Assembly (NCBI RefSeq): GCF_006345805.1
Contig: NC_042997.1
Location: forward strand, 178,684,001 to 178,748,000
DNA length: 64,000 nt
Origin: Octopus sinensis
Lineage: Eukaryota
Direction: 5' to 3'
The translations under genes and the position numbers were made by a program. Below are positions 14,577 through 32,441 of the stretch, one piece after another. Each line of letters opens with the position of its first letter. Position 1 is the first letter of the stretch. The notes below the pieces were generated by a model. The model was not told the DNA's origin and did not search any database. It was given only the letters and a program-made list of their open reading frames with translations.

Positions 14577-14935
14577 CTGCAGATTTATATAATTGTAGGA
14601 ATTCTTGTCCTATCGGGTGCAACTCCATGTACCTCAACTAAGAGCGGGTGTGCACTGGGTATTCTATTGATAAGCTTTCACAAAATATGTAGTCATGCAG
14701 TACCTACAAGTGCTATTTTCTTCATGTTGTGTACGGTTATGATTTCAAGAGTTTACATGCTGCATTTTTAATTATACATCATGTGCCTATTATTATAAAG
14801 ATAGTTTCTTTTTATTATCCCAATATTCTAGTTATTTCAGTTTCGAGGTCTTTATATTTTTTAGTTTCTCTAATTCTTTTGGTGATATATTATTATCTGT
14901 TGAGATTGGCCCATCATCCTCGACAACAGTAACCA
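14577..14935 (-). mobile_element. R4/Dong-like 3' fragment, different subfamily (copy 3)
   Basis: PISTDNNISPKELEKLK/YKDLETEITRILG...KIALVGTA..HIL with stops and frameshifts, a different 3' UTR, and (TAA)n flanks. Confidence 0.65.
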
Positions 14936-14957
14936 ATTATTGCTGTTATTATTATTA

Positions 14958-15023
<66 letters not shown>

Positions 15024-15072
15024 TATTATTGTTATTATTATTATTATTATTATTATCATTATTATTATTATT

Positions 15073-15285
15073 CAGGCGGTGAGCTGGCAGAATCGTTAGT
15101 AGGCTGGTCAAAATACTTAGTAGTATTTCGTTGGTCTTTACGCTCTCAGTTCAAATTCCACGCCTAGACCGACCTTGCCATTCCTCCCTTCGTGGTCGAT
15201 AAAATAAGTACTAGTTGAGCACTGTGGTTTATGTAATCGAAAATCTCATCCCTCAAAACTTTAGGCTTGTGCCTATACTAGAAGG
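15073..15285 (+). mobile_element. Family A SINE
   Basis: CAGGCGGTGAGCTGGCAGAATCGTTAG..CAGTTCAAATTCC..GTCGATAAAATAAGTAC. Confidence 0.85.
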
Positions 15286-17767
15286 GGTTGCTATGGATTA
15301 TTATTATTATTATTATTATTATTCATGTTGTTATCAACGTATATATCACTATCATATATGTGCGTGTGTGTATGTGTGTGTATGCATGTGTGCGCATGTA
15401 AGGCATTACATTGGATAGCAATGCATTGCATAATACTATAACTAGTGTAGTACCCTTAAAAATGTTGTTATTTGTTTGATCAGTATTTCCTGATCTTTCT
15501 GCTGTAAGCTTCCTTGCTTCTGTTACTTCTTGTGTGTCTTGTCATTTTGCTGCACTTCTCTCCAGTCCGCACCCGACATTGGGGTTTTATTTTGATAAAA
15601 GTTTTCCTACAGTTCGAAGGCAGATACTGTCTCCGTGATCGAAGAATTTTTCATGTGCATGATTTGCAATTACTTTCCGTTCATTTCCTTACTCTTACGC
15701 TCTCACTCAAGAAGTCTCTTTCATTATTCTTACGTACGTATTTCGGTATTTCATCTTTTCCAGTTTTTATATTCTTAATTATTGTAGCTCAACGTCCTTC
15801 TCTGCAAATTGTTTTACAGTAGTGTAGATTTTTAGGGATTTACGACGGATATGAAAGAAGTAAAATGATAACCCTCATCATCAACTTTACTATCAACCAC
15901 ATTCTCATCAAAATTGTTATCAAGAAATATAAATAGTTCCTGTTTATCTACTTGTCTGACTCTCTGTCTGTCTGTCTAATTGACTTTCTTTTCTCACATC
16001 AAAACTTGCCCCACCTCTTCTGTTTATTCGCAAATGTCTACCCTTCTTACACTCTGTTATTTTTCAAAAACGTCACTATCTATATATCTATTAATTTCGC
16101 ATGCGCTCTCTCTCTTTACGTTCTTTATTTATACTATACTCCATACCTCAATAATTCTCTCACTCTGATGCAAAGTTCTAACGTTCTTTTCCCCATTTTA
16201 TAAAATACATTCGTGAAATCTTTCTTACTCTTTTATTCCTGAGCTTTCTGTGTATGCTCGCCACATTGTGGACGGTAACTTATTATTTCTTCTCTCGCGT
16301 CCTTATGTTCCGTCAGTATCTCTGTTAATCTATCTAATCTATTTCTTTCTTTCATCACTTCACCTATTTCACTACAGACACTGCTTTCTCCTTTGGCATT
16401 CACATAGAGTGTAACCAGGTGTTCAAAACCCTATAAACAGCGAATGTGACACATAATTTGATGTTTTTGTATAGGGAAAGCATTTTCTAATCCTGGCGGT
16501 ATTTGAAAGAATTATTTTTCATTTGTTTTCGACTGACATTTTGTTTTTTGATTTGTTCTATTATTTTTCACAATTCATGAAGAAACATAAATAAACGTCT
16601 CTTATATCTCGAAGACGATATTCTTTGTAGAACTATATCTTAAACCTCTTGTATTCGGGGTGCAGCACATGTCTACGAAATATAACTCCATACAAATCTG
16701 GGTAATTCGCTAATATATTTTAAAGAACATTCTTAGATGATCGGAAACTTTTTCTTGAAGCTTGATAATGTACATTAATGTTGTCTACTCCTTAGAAGGT
16801 TTATAGGAAAGATATTCAAAGTCGACACTTTTGTGGTGACATAGAATTTCTAAAAAATCTTTTCGTTCGTGAAAATATTTTCATTTTCAGTTTTCCCATT
16901 TTTAATAATTCTAGCTGAACGTTCTTGGCTCTGAACAATTTTTTTACAGTTCGGCAATTTTTCTGAGATCTATCTCTGATGTGTCAGAAATAAAATTGAA
17001 TCATCATCATCATCATCATCATCATCACTACCACTGCAGTAGTTTTATCATTATTGTGTGTTCTTCACTGCATTGCTGAGTGAAGCTTGCAGTGCTTTTA
17101 CACAGCGCATGCGCGGAATTATAACGATTGAAGGTAAAATATTTTGGCAGTCAAGAATTTTTCAATCCTTGCAGTTGTAATTGATTCTTCTGGAATGGTA
17201 TGATACACAACCACTTATGTAAAGTCATTGGTAGATTATCTACAAGGATACACCTAAGCACATTCTACATAAACCAAGATAATGGAGTATGTAAATATTA
17301 ATAGAGTGATCTCACATGCTATCTGGTTGCCTTAAACAATTCTTTCAGATACCAGAAATGAAACACCTTCAACATTTATCCAATGAAACAAGACAATAAA
17401 ACTGGTAGAATATCACAAGTTATAACCAGCCCAATACTGTTACCTTCCACAGTTGACATCGACCAGATTTGAACCAAGAACGTAAACCGACATAATTAAA
17501 TACAGCAAATAAATTTGCCTGATACTCTATGGAATCTATAATACACTACCATTCATATAACAATAACACAGTTGATAAATACATAACTGACAAAAGCGAT
17601 GAAAATGATGACTGTGATAGTTGCGGCAAAGGTGATATGTATTGACATGTTAACAATAAAACTGTGATGATAATGACGACGATGATGATTATGATACGCA
17701 AAACTAAGAAAAAGCAGTCTTTCTGCGGATCATTGTTTCATCACAACGTAGCTTGACAATCTGAAAT

Positions 17768-17816
<49 letters not shown>

Positions 17817-17957
17817 ATATGTGTGTGTATGTATGTATGTATATGTGCATATATATATATACGTGTGTATATAGATGCACACACATTGATACACACATGC
17901 ACAGCACATATAATCCTACCTACACATATGTATTTATGTAAGATTAAAAAAAATTAC

Positions 17958-17988
<31 letters not shown>

Positions 17989-18087
17989 TATTAATAATAA
18001 TAATAATATACCCACTCACGCGTGTGTATATTAATACACGCCCATATACAGATATGTATATGTCGAAACATATCTAAGTTTTATCTA

Positions 18088-18127
<40 letters not shown>

Positions 18128-18227
18128 CATACATATGAAGATTATCAGTAAAAAAATGTGAAATAACTATCGAAATGAGTGAACGTCTTCAACCTAAGTA
18201 CACTTACTGGAGGAAATTACATCTATT

Positions 18228-18290
<63 letters not shown>
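18228..18290. repeat. (TAG)n microsatellite
   Basis: Direct reading. Confidence 0.97.
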
Positions 18291-18295
<5 letters not shown>

Positions 18296-20368
18296 AGATA
18301 TAATTGGGTACACACACAGTATTTATGTACTACTTTTAAAAATTTGATGTGTAACTCTTAAAATGATTGAAGCGTTAAGGAGACCTTAAACTGAGTGTGA
18401 TTTGGCATATTGGACTTTAAGCAAGTCTGAATATGTACAAAAACTCATCTTATACATCCCCGGGTACATAAAAACGGCGAAGTAAACCGTAGTGGTATTT
18501 AGATTCACAACGAAAATGGAATCGCAATTGAGAAAGTACAATGGCATTCTTCTGAGGCAGCGGCCTACTGTGTCTTCTTATCCTCTGCTACGGTTTAGTC
18601 TCCCTTTGTTTAGACGCTGGGACTCTATAGTTTAGAAGAGGAAATTCTGTTAGTGTTGTCTATGTTTGATGAGAGTAATCGTCTCTCTTATAACTTGTCC
18701 AAGAAAATAAACAATAGAAAGGGATGTACATAGAATCGGAACCACTTTGACTGAGGCAACGCCACTCGCCACAATGAGTAGTAAGAATGCCCTCGCATCT
18801 TCATGTATATGAACTGTAGTTGCCTAATAAAAATTCTTACATAGCCAGAAGACTTTAGAAAGTCGAGTCAGCGAGACGTATCTAAATACTGCAAAACATT
18901 TCGTTCGATACACTATTGATTCTAGTTATTTTACTTATCCACAAACCTTTGAAGTAGTATAATAGTAATAGATTAAAAGCGTGCATTAACTGGTGTGTTA
19001 CATCGAATTATAGGTTACACCTTGATTTCTCAACCCTGAATTTTTAAGATGACGTGAGAAAACTATAACAAGGAAAGAAGGTCTTTCTGACTCTAATCTA
19101 ACAGAGTTAAAAGATGCACATTAGCTACTATCAACTTTAAGTACGAACTGTATACTGGAGCACAACTCTGCGGAATATTATATATTACTTTGTTCCCTAT
19201 AGCGTAAAAAATGATCGTTTTCAATAACCAAACCACAGAATTTGGGTAAAAGTTCAGTCGATTTAGTTGACTCATTAATTTATCGACCTCAGAAAGATTG
19301 AAGGTAAACTCGTGACCAAATAAAATTGAATACCGGAGAAGGCAATTTTTCCCACCGCTCCGGTGATTTTGTCACACTCAGCAATTTTAAGTAATTGCTT
19401 ACAACATAGGAACAGGGCCTGAAATTATGGCAGGGATCCACCCCAGTACTTGACTTCTACTTTATTTTATTGATATCGAGAGTATGAAATGTAAAGTTGG
19501 TTTCGGTGAGATTTGAAACTCAGAACGAACAGTTACTTTAAATACCACAACAAATTAAAATTTTTCTCTGATTTTGTAATGATCTACCAATCCACAGCCC
19601 TTACGGTACTATTAATAATAATCATAATTTTTAAGAAGGTGGGACGCTTCCTGAAAACTCTCAGCCTATAGATCACGGGACTTCTATCAATTGTGTTTGG
19701 AGAGACGAAAGGTAGGATTTGAACCTACTATTTTGATGGAATGTAACCAAATCTGGTAATATGTATTGCTGCTCTAACAAATTTACTTATCCACTATCAT
19801 AATATTTTTGTGTGTAATACACTGGAGAACGATTTAAATTTTATATTTCTTTCTCTTCCTTTGAAATATAATCACATAAAAGTTCATAAATTTTTGTTTT
19901 AGATTTAGTGTAAGATTAAACCAAGCAAGGCCAAAACCAAAATTGAAAAAGATTCAAAAATTGCCCCACCTCTATCTCCAAATGAAGCACAATGAAGAAC
20001 AAACTATCGCAGTTTCAAAAATTCAAAGAATAAAAATATAAATATAGAAAATTAATTATGTGACAATGGAAAACTGGTTTCTTTTCTGCGGCCCAATTGC
20101 TCTATATTTTGGTGAGTAAAACCTGACAAATAATATGTAACGAATAGTTTCACCAGAAAGTGAAGAATGTGGTTACAATTTATCAATGCATGTAACTCAT
20201 TTTAATGATAATATTTGTCAGAAATAAAGAATTATAAATACATACATGTGTGAATTCTTGCATGTGTGTGTAGATATATGTGTACCACGTACTAAAATTA
20301 ATGTTGTTTGTAACTTCCTCGTAAAGTAGATACAGATAAAATAAGTAGAAGTAGTGGCAAATGCCACG

Positions 20369-20518
20369 TAAACATGGGTGTTCCCTAGGAACTTAAAATA
20401 CTGCTATTTTAACCCTGTGAGGATACGTCCTGTAGTTGGTTCTGCATTACACTGGAAGAGCTGTTCTCCTGAGGTTAAAATAGCAGTATCGTAGGTTCCT
20501 AGGGAACACCCATGTTTA
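20369..20518. repeat. Hairpin / MITE-like inverted repeat
   Basis: Perfect arms 20369-20392/20495-20518 (24 bp) and 20398-20414/20473-20489 (17 bp). Confidence 0.9.
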
Positions 20519-20999
20519 GGTGATATCATACGCTACTTCCCAGTATGAATACTGCTTTCATTTCTAATAGAAATTTTCTTGACTATTTAGTTTGTTTGTT
20601 AATAAACTAAGCACTAGATTGAAATAAGAACAAGGGTCGATATGATTGACTATAACTCTTGAAGATGATGCTACGAGCATAGTCATAGCCTAATGACCGA
20701 CACCAGTACAAGAACTGTCGTTAATTTCTCGAATCTACAGGTACGTCAGTTATCGCTTATTTCAAAGTTACATACTCCTGAGAATTTCGTTGGATAACAT
20801 GAAACTCTTTCGTTTTGAAAGTTAACATAAACTGAGCATATAGATTTTTATGGTCATATCTTGAATGCCTTTCACCATATATGGTGAATAGCACCGTAGG
20901 TGCTATTCCATCAGTGCTAGGATTCGGTTTAAATAATATCATCAGCAAATATTATACATTCACGTGAAATGTTTTCCATTCTTGATGATTAACCCAACC

Positions 21000-21090
<91 letters not shown>

Positions 21091-21125
21091 CATCTATCTA
21101 TCTATCTATCTACCTACCTACCTAT
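21000..21125. repeat. (TCTA)n microsatellite
   Basis: Direct reading. Confidence 0.97.
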
Positions 21126-21668
21126 CTAACACTTGTCTCGTTATATATATACATACGTAAAGAGACGCGTTCGATATATTAGGATAGTTATCTGTTATAT
21201 ATTTCCTCTGTGCAATTGTTGTTTTGCAAGTTTAATTTTTGTAATTTGATTCATTATATGATTCTGAATCAATTATTTCGACTCTAACAGTATTATTTTC
21301 TTATCTTTATAATTAGCGATGTTCTTCAAATACATTTAAAGTATATTAATATCTCTATAAATAGAGTAGCATACTTATATAAATTCTGCTATTATCAACT
21401 CACTGAGACGCATGTGTTAAAGTTTTTTGCTTTTTTATCAATGACCGTTTAGTTTTAAAGAGCTAATATTTAGTATAAACAGACTTTTTCTTTTCTCAAT
21501 GCAGACTTTAAAATGGGTTGATTTATTTGTATTACATATTATTAAAATTGCTTAAAATTTCAGGTAAAAGTAATATGGCTAATTATCTAAAAATTTCTTT
21601 TAAGACGCGAACAAATAAGAATTCTAACCGCAGATACATACATACATGCATACATACATACATGCTTA

Positions 21669-21764
<96 letters not shown>

Positions 21765-22904
21765 TCAGGTGCAAAACATTACGCGTTTCCTATGTTCTGT
21801 TCTTTTCACTGCATCTCATCGTTTTTAAATTGTCTTCTCTCCTTCTATTAACATTTGCTTATATATGCGATACGTAACATAAGACATTACACCAATTTTT
21901 CAAGATGCCTAGTAGTTAAAAGGGTTACAATGTTTTGTTTAAAAAACATTAAATATTATTGAATTAAAGTCAGTATAAAGTCTGCTTCAGAGTAAATATC
22001 TTAAATTCTCAGAATGGGCATAATTTACACTCATGACATCGAGGGAAGTTGAAACGTAATGGAATAAAACTATTATCACTTAAGATATGAAGCCTGATCA
22101 GCATGTCAGACTACTCGGAGTTGATCTTCAGTCCCAGTTTAACCACAAATATAGATTTTATTACTATTTTTGATTTCTACACAAAACAGTTCAATAACCA
22201 AGATGGAAATGAAAAGAAATGAAATGTTACTGATTATTTTGAAGAATATTTTCAATCTATATGAAGAGAATTGGCATTAAAGGGGAATTATAATAGCATT
22301 GCCGTCTTGGCTGCACAGATGCTTACCTTTTGTTCAACGACGATTGCTACAACTAAAGTCATGTTACGATAGAGGAGAGTTGATGCAGAGAGTTGATTAT
22401 TGGATTAGATACCGTTTCCAATTCTGTAAATCGTCTAGTTGAGTCTGAATCACATACAGAATAGAACTTCGGTTCCATCCTCGCTATGCAATAAAATATA
22501 TGCATTTAATAATCAAAAATAAGTAGATGATACAAAAAAAATTCCGATTAAATTATCTTACCAATACTTAAAGTGCCATCACGACCCTATATGTGTGTGT
22601 GTCTGTGTGTCCGCGTGCGTACGTGTGTGCGTGTGTGTGCGTGAGTGTGTGTTTATAAAAGTAAAAACATTACTCAAAAATAAGCATAATGCTATCACAG
22701 TTATATATTGCATCTAATATTGAAGCGTGTTTCAATGTCAGATAACAATTGCTTTTGTTTAATTAAATAGACTAAGAAGTACCCTTAAAAGTGGAATGAA
22801 AATATGAATTTGTGGAATAATTTCTATCAAAACAAATTCAAAAAACTTCCCACATATATACGTAAGTGTTTCTGGTATTGTTGGTTATTACTATTAATTT
22901 CTCG

Positions 22905-23105
22905 CGCTGGTATAAGGCCAAACTTATTTTGTTGGGCGTAAAGTCAATTAAATCGTCTCCATCACTTGGCTGTACTTATTTTGTCGACACCTAAAAGAGG
23001 AAAGAGAAAGTTGACCTCGGCTGATTCGGAATCAGAACGTAAAGTGACGTAACTAAATATCGCATGGCATTTTGTCCCACACTCGAACGATTCTACCAAT
23101 CCATC
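22905..23105 (-). mobile_element. Family A SINE, diverged
   Basis: TACTTATTTTGTCGAC..GTTGACCTCGGC..GGAATCAGAACGTAAAG. Confidence 0.7.
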
Positions 23106-24342
23106 TTCCCATAACTAGTAGAAGCGATAATTTTTTATCATATTGGACTATGGTTGTCAGAAGGATGATCGTAAGTCGTAAACATACCAAGTAATATTTA
23201 GAGCTATTTCGGATTATACTTGAAATATTTAGTGTTAATATATTAGAAGTACAATTAGAAACTCCCAAGATTAACAAGAATATATCTAAAGAAAGGAAAT
23301 AACCTTTTTGAAGTAATATTTTTAAAATGTAATGATTTGATAGCATTTTTTTCTTAGATTTGCATTTATTCTCATATATCCCTACATGCTTATTCGTTAT
23401 TGTATTTATTAGTTTTTGTTTCCATCAAACTAACATTGTAAATATATTTAAGAATATGAAAAATAGGCAATTTCGTTTTCAACTTTCGTTTTAAAACTCG
23501 TTCTCTGCTTTTGAATGTCACGACGACTTTAGATTGAAGGAAGCCTTCCTGAGACATAATAATGTGGTTTAATAGTGTAGATAATAACCACTACAATACG
23601 AAATTGAGAAAAATTAGTTTATCCTGAAAAGTGCATTAGATAGCTTAAATTTGTTTTTATGAAAAATGTTCTATATATATTTATATATATATTCTCTATT
23701 TTCAGTGCAAACTTCCAAATATTCTCCTGATGATTCAGGTAGATTTAGCTGATATATATATGAGAGGATTTTGGTAGCTTAGATTATTTTTAATAAATTC
23801 ATTTGCATTTTAAGAAATACTATTAACATTAGATTTTAAAATACGAAGAAGGAATATGTGTTGCATGAAAAAGAGATAAATCTAAGTATTTGGAAACATA
23901 TCTAGATATAATATATGTTGTGTGCTGGTATATATTCAACTGGTGGTTTATATTGATTGCTCAATTATTATAAAGTGAAATGTGGATATTCTGAAGAGAC
24001 GTTTTTTGTAAATTAGTAGCAATAGATGTGCTGAAATAGTTTAATAAAATACTAAAGATTTGTTGTATCATTTTAAATATACCCATTGGGAAATAATCTG
24101 TAAGTAATATATTTTCAGAATTATGTTTGTTGAACGTTTACCACAAGGTATTAAACTATCAATGACTTTGGAAGATATAAAGAAATGGATTTAAAGATTT
24201 ACTTCTAAAGAAACAGAGCTTGGAGAAAAGGATAGAAATCAGTTATGCAATGGAAGGAATACGTTCCTTATTTCATTTTTTATCTTCTAACATATTTGGT
24301 ACCTGTCATGATATATATATTATATATATATATATATATATA

Positions 24343-24408
<66 letters not shown>

Positions 24409-24807
24409 TGTGGATACTTATGTTATGTGACTATGGATGTATATGCATCTGTGTGTTTTTTTTTTTCAAATGACGTTTGATTATCACCCACTAATAACAA
24501 TAATAAATAAAATGGTGCTAATGATTCAAATCAATATCTTCTTATGTATCAACTCTATAGTCTAAAAGCTTGTACATATCTAGATTCTAATTGTCACAAC
24601 ACAAACTGATAAAAAAAAATAGCATACATTAAGCATTCGCTTTTAAAATAATTTCAACATTATTTTACAAAATGACAAAAAAAAAAGAAAAGAAAAGAAA
24701 AAACGAAAATGAAAATGAAAATTGTTTCCATTGTATGTAATGTTCCTTTGTGAAATATTTTCCACAATATTTCACTTGGTTGATTTCTTGTTCTGATTCA
24801 TTAAATA

Positions 24808-24876
<69 letters not shown>

Positions 24877-25339
24877 ATATATATATAATATATATATATA
24901 ATGTGTGTGTGTCTGTGTACGTGGGTGTGTGTATGTGTGAATGTATGTATATATGTATATATAAAAGTTTTAATCATTTGAGTACGTAAGCATGACCATA
25001 ACCATAATTCTCATTAAACGGTAAAAAAGATAAAATATTTAAGATAAGGCTATACTGGACTATTCAGTAAGAGCCCTCAGTACCACATAACGTCGACAAT
25101 GTCACGAAAGAGAGGTCAATGCTAGGGAAGATAACTGATTTATTCAGCAGCCTTCTTTTCATGCTGGCGAAGACTGAATTAGTGTCTTATAAAATGATTT
25201 ATTTGTCATCATGTTCCGGATTACACATTTTAAATTCTTTTTGTCAGTATTACAAGTACTACATGTATACACAAAAGCACAAATATGTAAGGGAAATTAA
25301 TTCTGAAAATAAATAAGAACTAAAAAGAAATTAACAATA

Positions 25340-28380
<3,041 letters not shown>

Positions 28381-30336
28381 ACGTTTATATGCAGATCTAG
28401 GTAAATTTTATAAAATACTATTTCAATCCCTCATTTTGATAGTACAAAAAAAAAAAAGAATTTCCGCTTTAAATTTCTCGGTTATCATACGGTGATGATC
28501 GGTTAAACAGGGTGAAAATATTTTTAGTTTCTACTGATTTATACTCTCAGTTGAGTCAAGTGGTATAATTGATACTTCGGTCTTTTGTATATTATTTCCA
28601 AAGTTCACCAATCTTGAAAATAATATATATATTTGTAGAATGAAAGACACCTCCCCCGTTACCAGAAATGTGGAATATTTAGTATTATTGTATACAAGCT
28701 TTGACGAAATATCAAAAGCACGAATATATTGTAGAAAACTCTTTAATACCTTGTGATTTTGTTTCTTTCATATTTATATATAGATATATATATATATATT
28801 TTTTAGTTTGATTTGAAATGTTTTTCGATCATAATTCGATAAAAAAAAATAAAACACTCACTCTTTTTTTTTCTCTTCCCTTTCACTTTCTCTTCATCGT
28901 TTTCTTTTTCACTCTGTCACCCCAGTCTCATTGCCGCTGTATATAATAGTTCTCTATAATTTTCCGTTTCTCTTCCTTTTCTTTTTCATTCTAGGACATT
29001 GTCCTTTGTATATCTCTTTCACTCTCTCTCTGTATAATATGTATATATATATACATATATATATATATACATACATACATATATATATATGCATATATGT
29101 ATGTATATATACACGAATACATACTCATATCTGGGTATATGAATTTATACATTTATATATATATATATACACGTATATATATATGTATATATGCATATAT
29201 GTACGCAAAGAGATACACTTATGCTTATATTTGTACATGTATATATACACACAAATAGACACATACACACACAAATATATATATGTATATATATATATAC
29301 ACACTTTTCTTCCTTTCGTGTTTTCATTTGTAGGCATACACTTGCACGCTCTGTCATAGCCATACATTACAACATTTATCATCAACTTTAAGCGAGATTT
29401 CATTTCATTTTAACCAACGTATGTTATGCCTTTAGTTGTTATGGAGTCTTATATTTTTCATTAGCTAATTCATCTCATTTCTGATTTTGGAACCATAGTT
29501 TAATTAAAATTGTTTCGAAACAATACATTTCCCCTTTACAATTCAACCAATTTTTCATGTCATTTGAATTAAAACATTTAAGGGAATTTTAAGAAACAAA
29601 CACCTTTTCTTGTTCTGTTTTTTCTTTTGTTCAGTTTAATTTTTAATATGTTTTAGTTATACTTTGTTTATAGTTAAGGTACGAAGATACATTAGCATTG
29701 TCTACTTCTGATAGGTATGTGTATAGTGTATATTGAGTAAAGATATTTTAATTTGACAAAAGCATTTTGCCCTGTGACTGAAATGGATGATGGAAAGTAT
29801 CTACCCCGCTTACAGATCAGAAAAGGAAAGAAAAACGTCAAATAAAGAATATCCACAGACCACTTGTGGCAAGAGCATAATTAAGGGGCGATAATCTCAG
29901 CATTCAATGAATCAAGTTAGTGTAGATTGTCTTGACCACATACGCATAAACATATATGTGTGTGTGTGTGTTTGTGTGTATGTGTATATATATATATATG
30001 AGATGGTTTGTGTGTGTGTCACAATTGTATATTTGCATGTTGTATTTGCCTGTATGTTTTAGGAGTCTGCCTGTATATCTTGTAACACGTGTGTAAACGT
30101 TTAAGTACGTAAGGCTTATGTGCATGTGCATACGTGTGTTCTGTAGCTAGGTAGGTCGTGAGATACGTAGGTCGGTCGGTTAATGTATGTCTTCGTGCTT
30201 AATTGCGTGCATTCAAGAGAATATGTGAGCTTGTATGCAGATCTGTGAATGTGTCAATATATGTGTAAAATGCATGGTGCCGATTAGGTAAGAATTTTGA
30301 TTTTTTATTTCTTTGTTTCTTCTTCTTCTTCATATA

Positions 30337-30396
<60 letters not shown>

Positions 30397-31785
30397 GTAT
30401 ATATACATATGGGGTTCTTGTTATGTTTGAATGAGTAAAAGAAAAATGATGAAAACGTACCAACGTACTCACGTACCCACGGAAACCGAATATACAATCA
30501 ACCCACACAAGCACACGCATACATACATAAACATATATACATGTACACGTACATATATATTAACGGAAGCAAAGTAAAGTAGAAATATAATGCTTGTTGT
30601 GGACGAAAGGAATCAGTTGTAAACTACACGCTTCTAATTAACTGGAAGCCATTTTAATATACATTGCTGTTCATTTTGGGTTGATTTTCTTTTTTTTTCT
30701 TTTTAATTCAAATTGGTTGGCGTCGTTTTTTAATAAAATTATCTTTTATTTAGTTTTATTTTTTTTTTTGAAAAATTATTGTATAACGTGTTATTAAATA
30801 TACATATATTAAATATATATATATTAAATATGTTATATATATATATATACTTATATAAATATGTATATATATATATATATATATATACACTTATATAAAT
30901 ATGTAATATATATATATATATAATACATATATAAATATGTATATATATACATATATAAATATGTATAATATATATATATATATATAATTGTATATATATA
31001 TATATATATGTATGTATATATATATGTATGTATATATAGTATGTATATAATTATATATATATATAATATATATATTATATATATTATATATATATATATA
31101 TCGAGTTGCAAAGAACAGAAAGTGTTCTTGTAGATTTATGCAAAAACGATTAAGTAATATAGGTACGAGGAAGATATATAAAATTCAAGTTCTTGAAATA
31201 TTTTTCGATTGTTGGAATACAAAAAAGAGAATGTTCTAACGTAGATATAGGTCTATTGGTTGGCAAGAAAGTTAAATTGAAAATTTTGTATATTTTTCAT
31301 TAGTAAATTTTTCATTTTTTCTTGAAGATTCGGTTACGAAAGAGTTATATTTCTACGTTACAGGAAGTTTACTCAAACTTACTCATAAGTTTTCTTTTGC
31401 AGTATCAGGAGTGCAATACCTTGAACTCTATGAGTGATTTTCTTACCAGGGACTCAAACGATCCCGGATATTACAGAGAAGAGGAAAATTTTCTGACTGC
31501 GTGACAACGATGTCTCATTTACAGACATTAATTAGTCAGTAACAGGATATGTGTACACCAACGAATCGCAACCAAGCATCTTTCACCTTCTCTGTATCGC
31601 AGGAATATTAAGATTCCTCCTGCCCTACGGCATACGTCTCGTCAGGTAGAAAGGGAAAAATATATAAAAAAAATTAAATATAAATGTGAAGGAATATTGG
31701 GGAGTGTCTGTGTTTTTTAGTCTGTGACAGGGGAATATAGTAATAATAGTTTATTTCCCGCATACAATAGAATTCATTTGTGGAT

Positions 31786-31818
<33 letters not shown>

Positions 31819-32341
31819 CATACATATATATATGTATACATACATACATATATATACATATGTATACATGTATACATATATACTTATATATACACACATA
31901 TATATATACTAACACACACCCACACACACACATATATATTTATATATTTGCTAACATACATATATGCGTACATTTATACATATATGCACTCACATATATA
32001 AAAGAAAGACGTGATAAGTTGAAAGAGAAAATCTGCTCAACTGACTACAATTTCTTTGTTATTGATAATTACACACTACGCTTTATGTACTCGTGTGCAC
32101 ACATAGTCGAGCGCGCGCACAAACACACATGTAATATCACATAAACTTCGACACACACCTGTTTGCCTGTTTCTCTGTCTCCCCTCCTACATATACTCTC
32201 AATACATATATATATATATATATACATACACGCTCATATATATATATATATGATATTATATATATATATATAGATATATATATATATATATATATAATAT
32301 ATATATAGTTTATATACACACACGTAATGTAGTTAAGATTT

Positions 32342-32441
32342 NNNNNNNNNNNNNNNNNNNNNNNNNNNNNNNNNNNNNNNNNNNNNNNNNNNNNNNNNNN
32401 NNNNNNNNNNNNNNNNNNNNNNNNNNNNNNNNNNNNNNNNN
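32342..32441. other. Assembly gap (100 N)
   Basis: Exactly 100 Ns directly after a TA-rich tract; a round number suggests an unsized scaffold join. Confidence 0.98.

Noticed and set aside
22327-22485. Minus-strand donor AAAG|GTAAGC with an upstream acceptor
   Set aside because: All three frames between the two sites contain stops.
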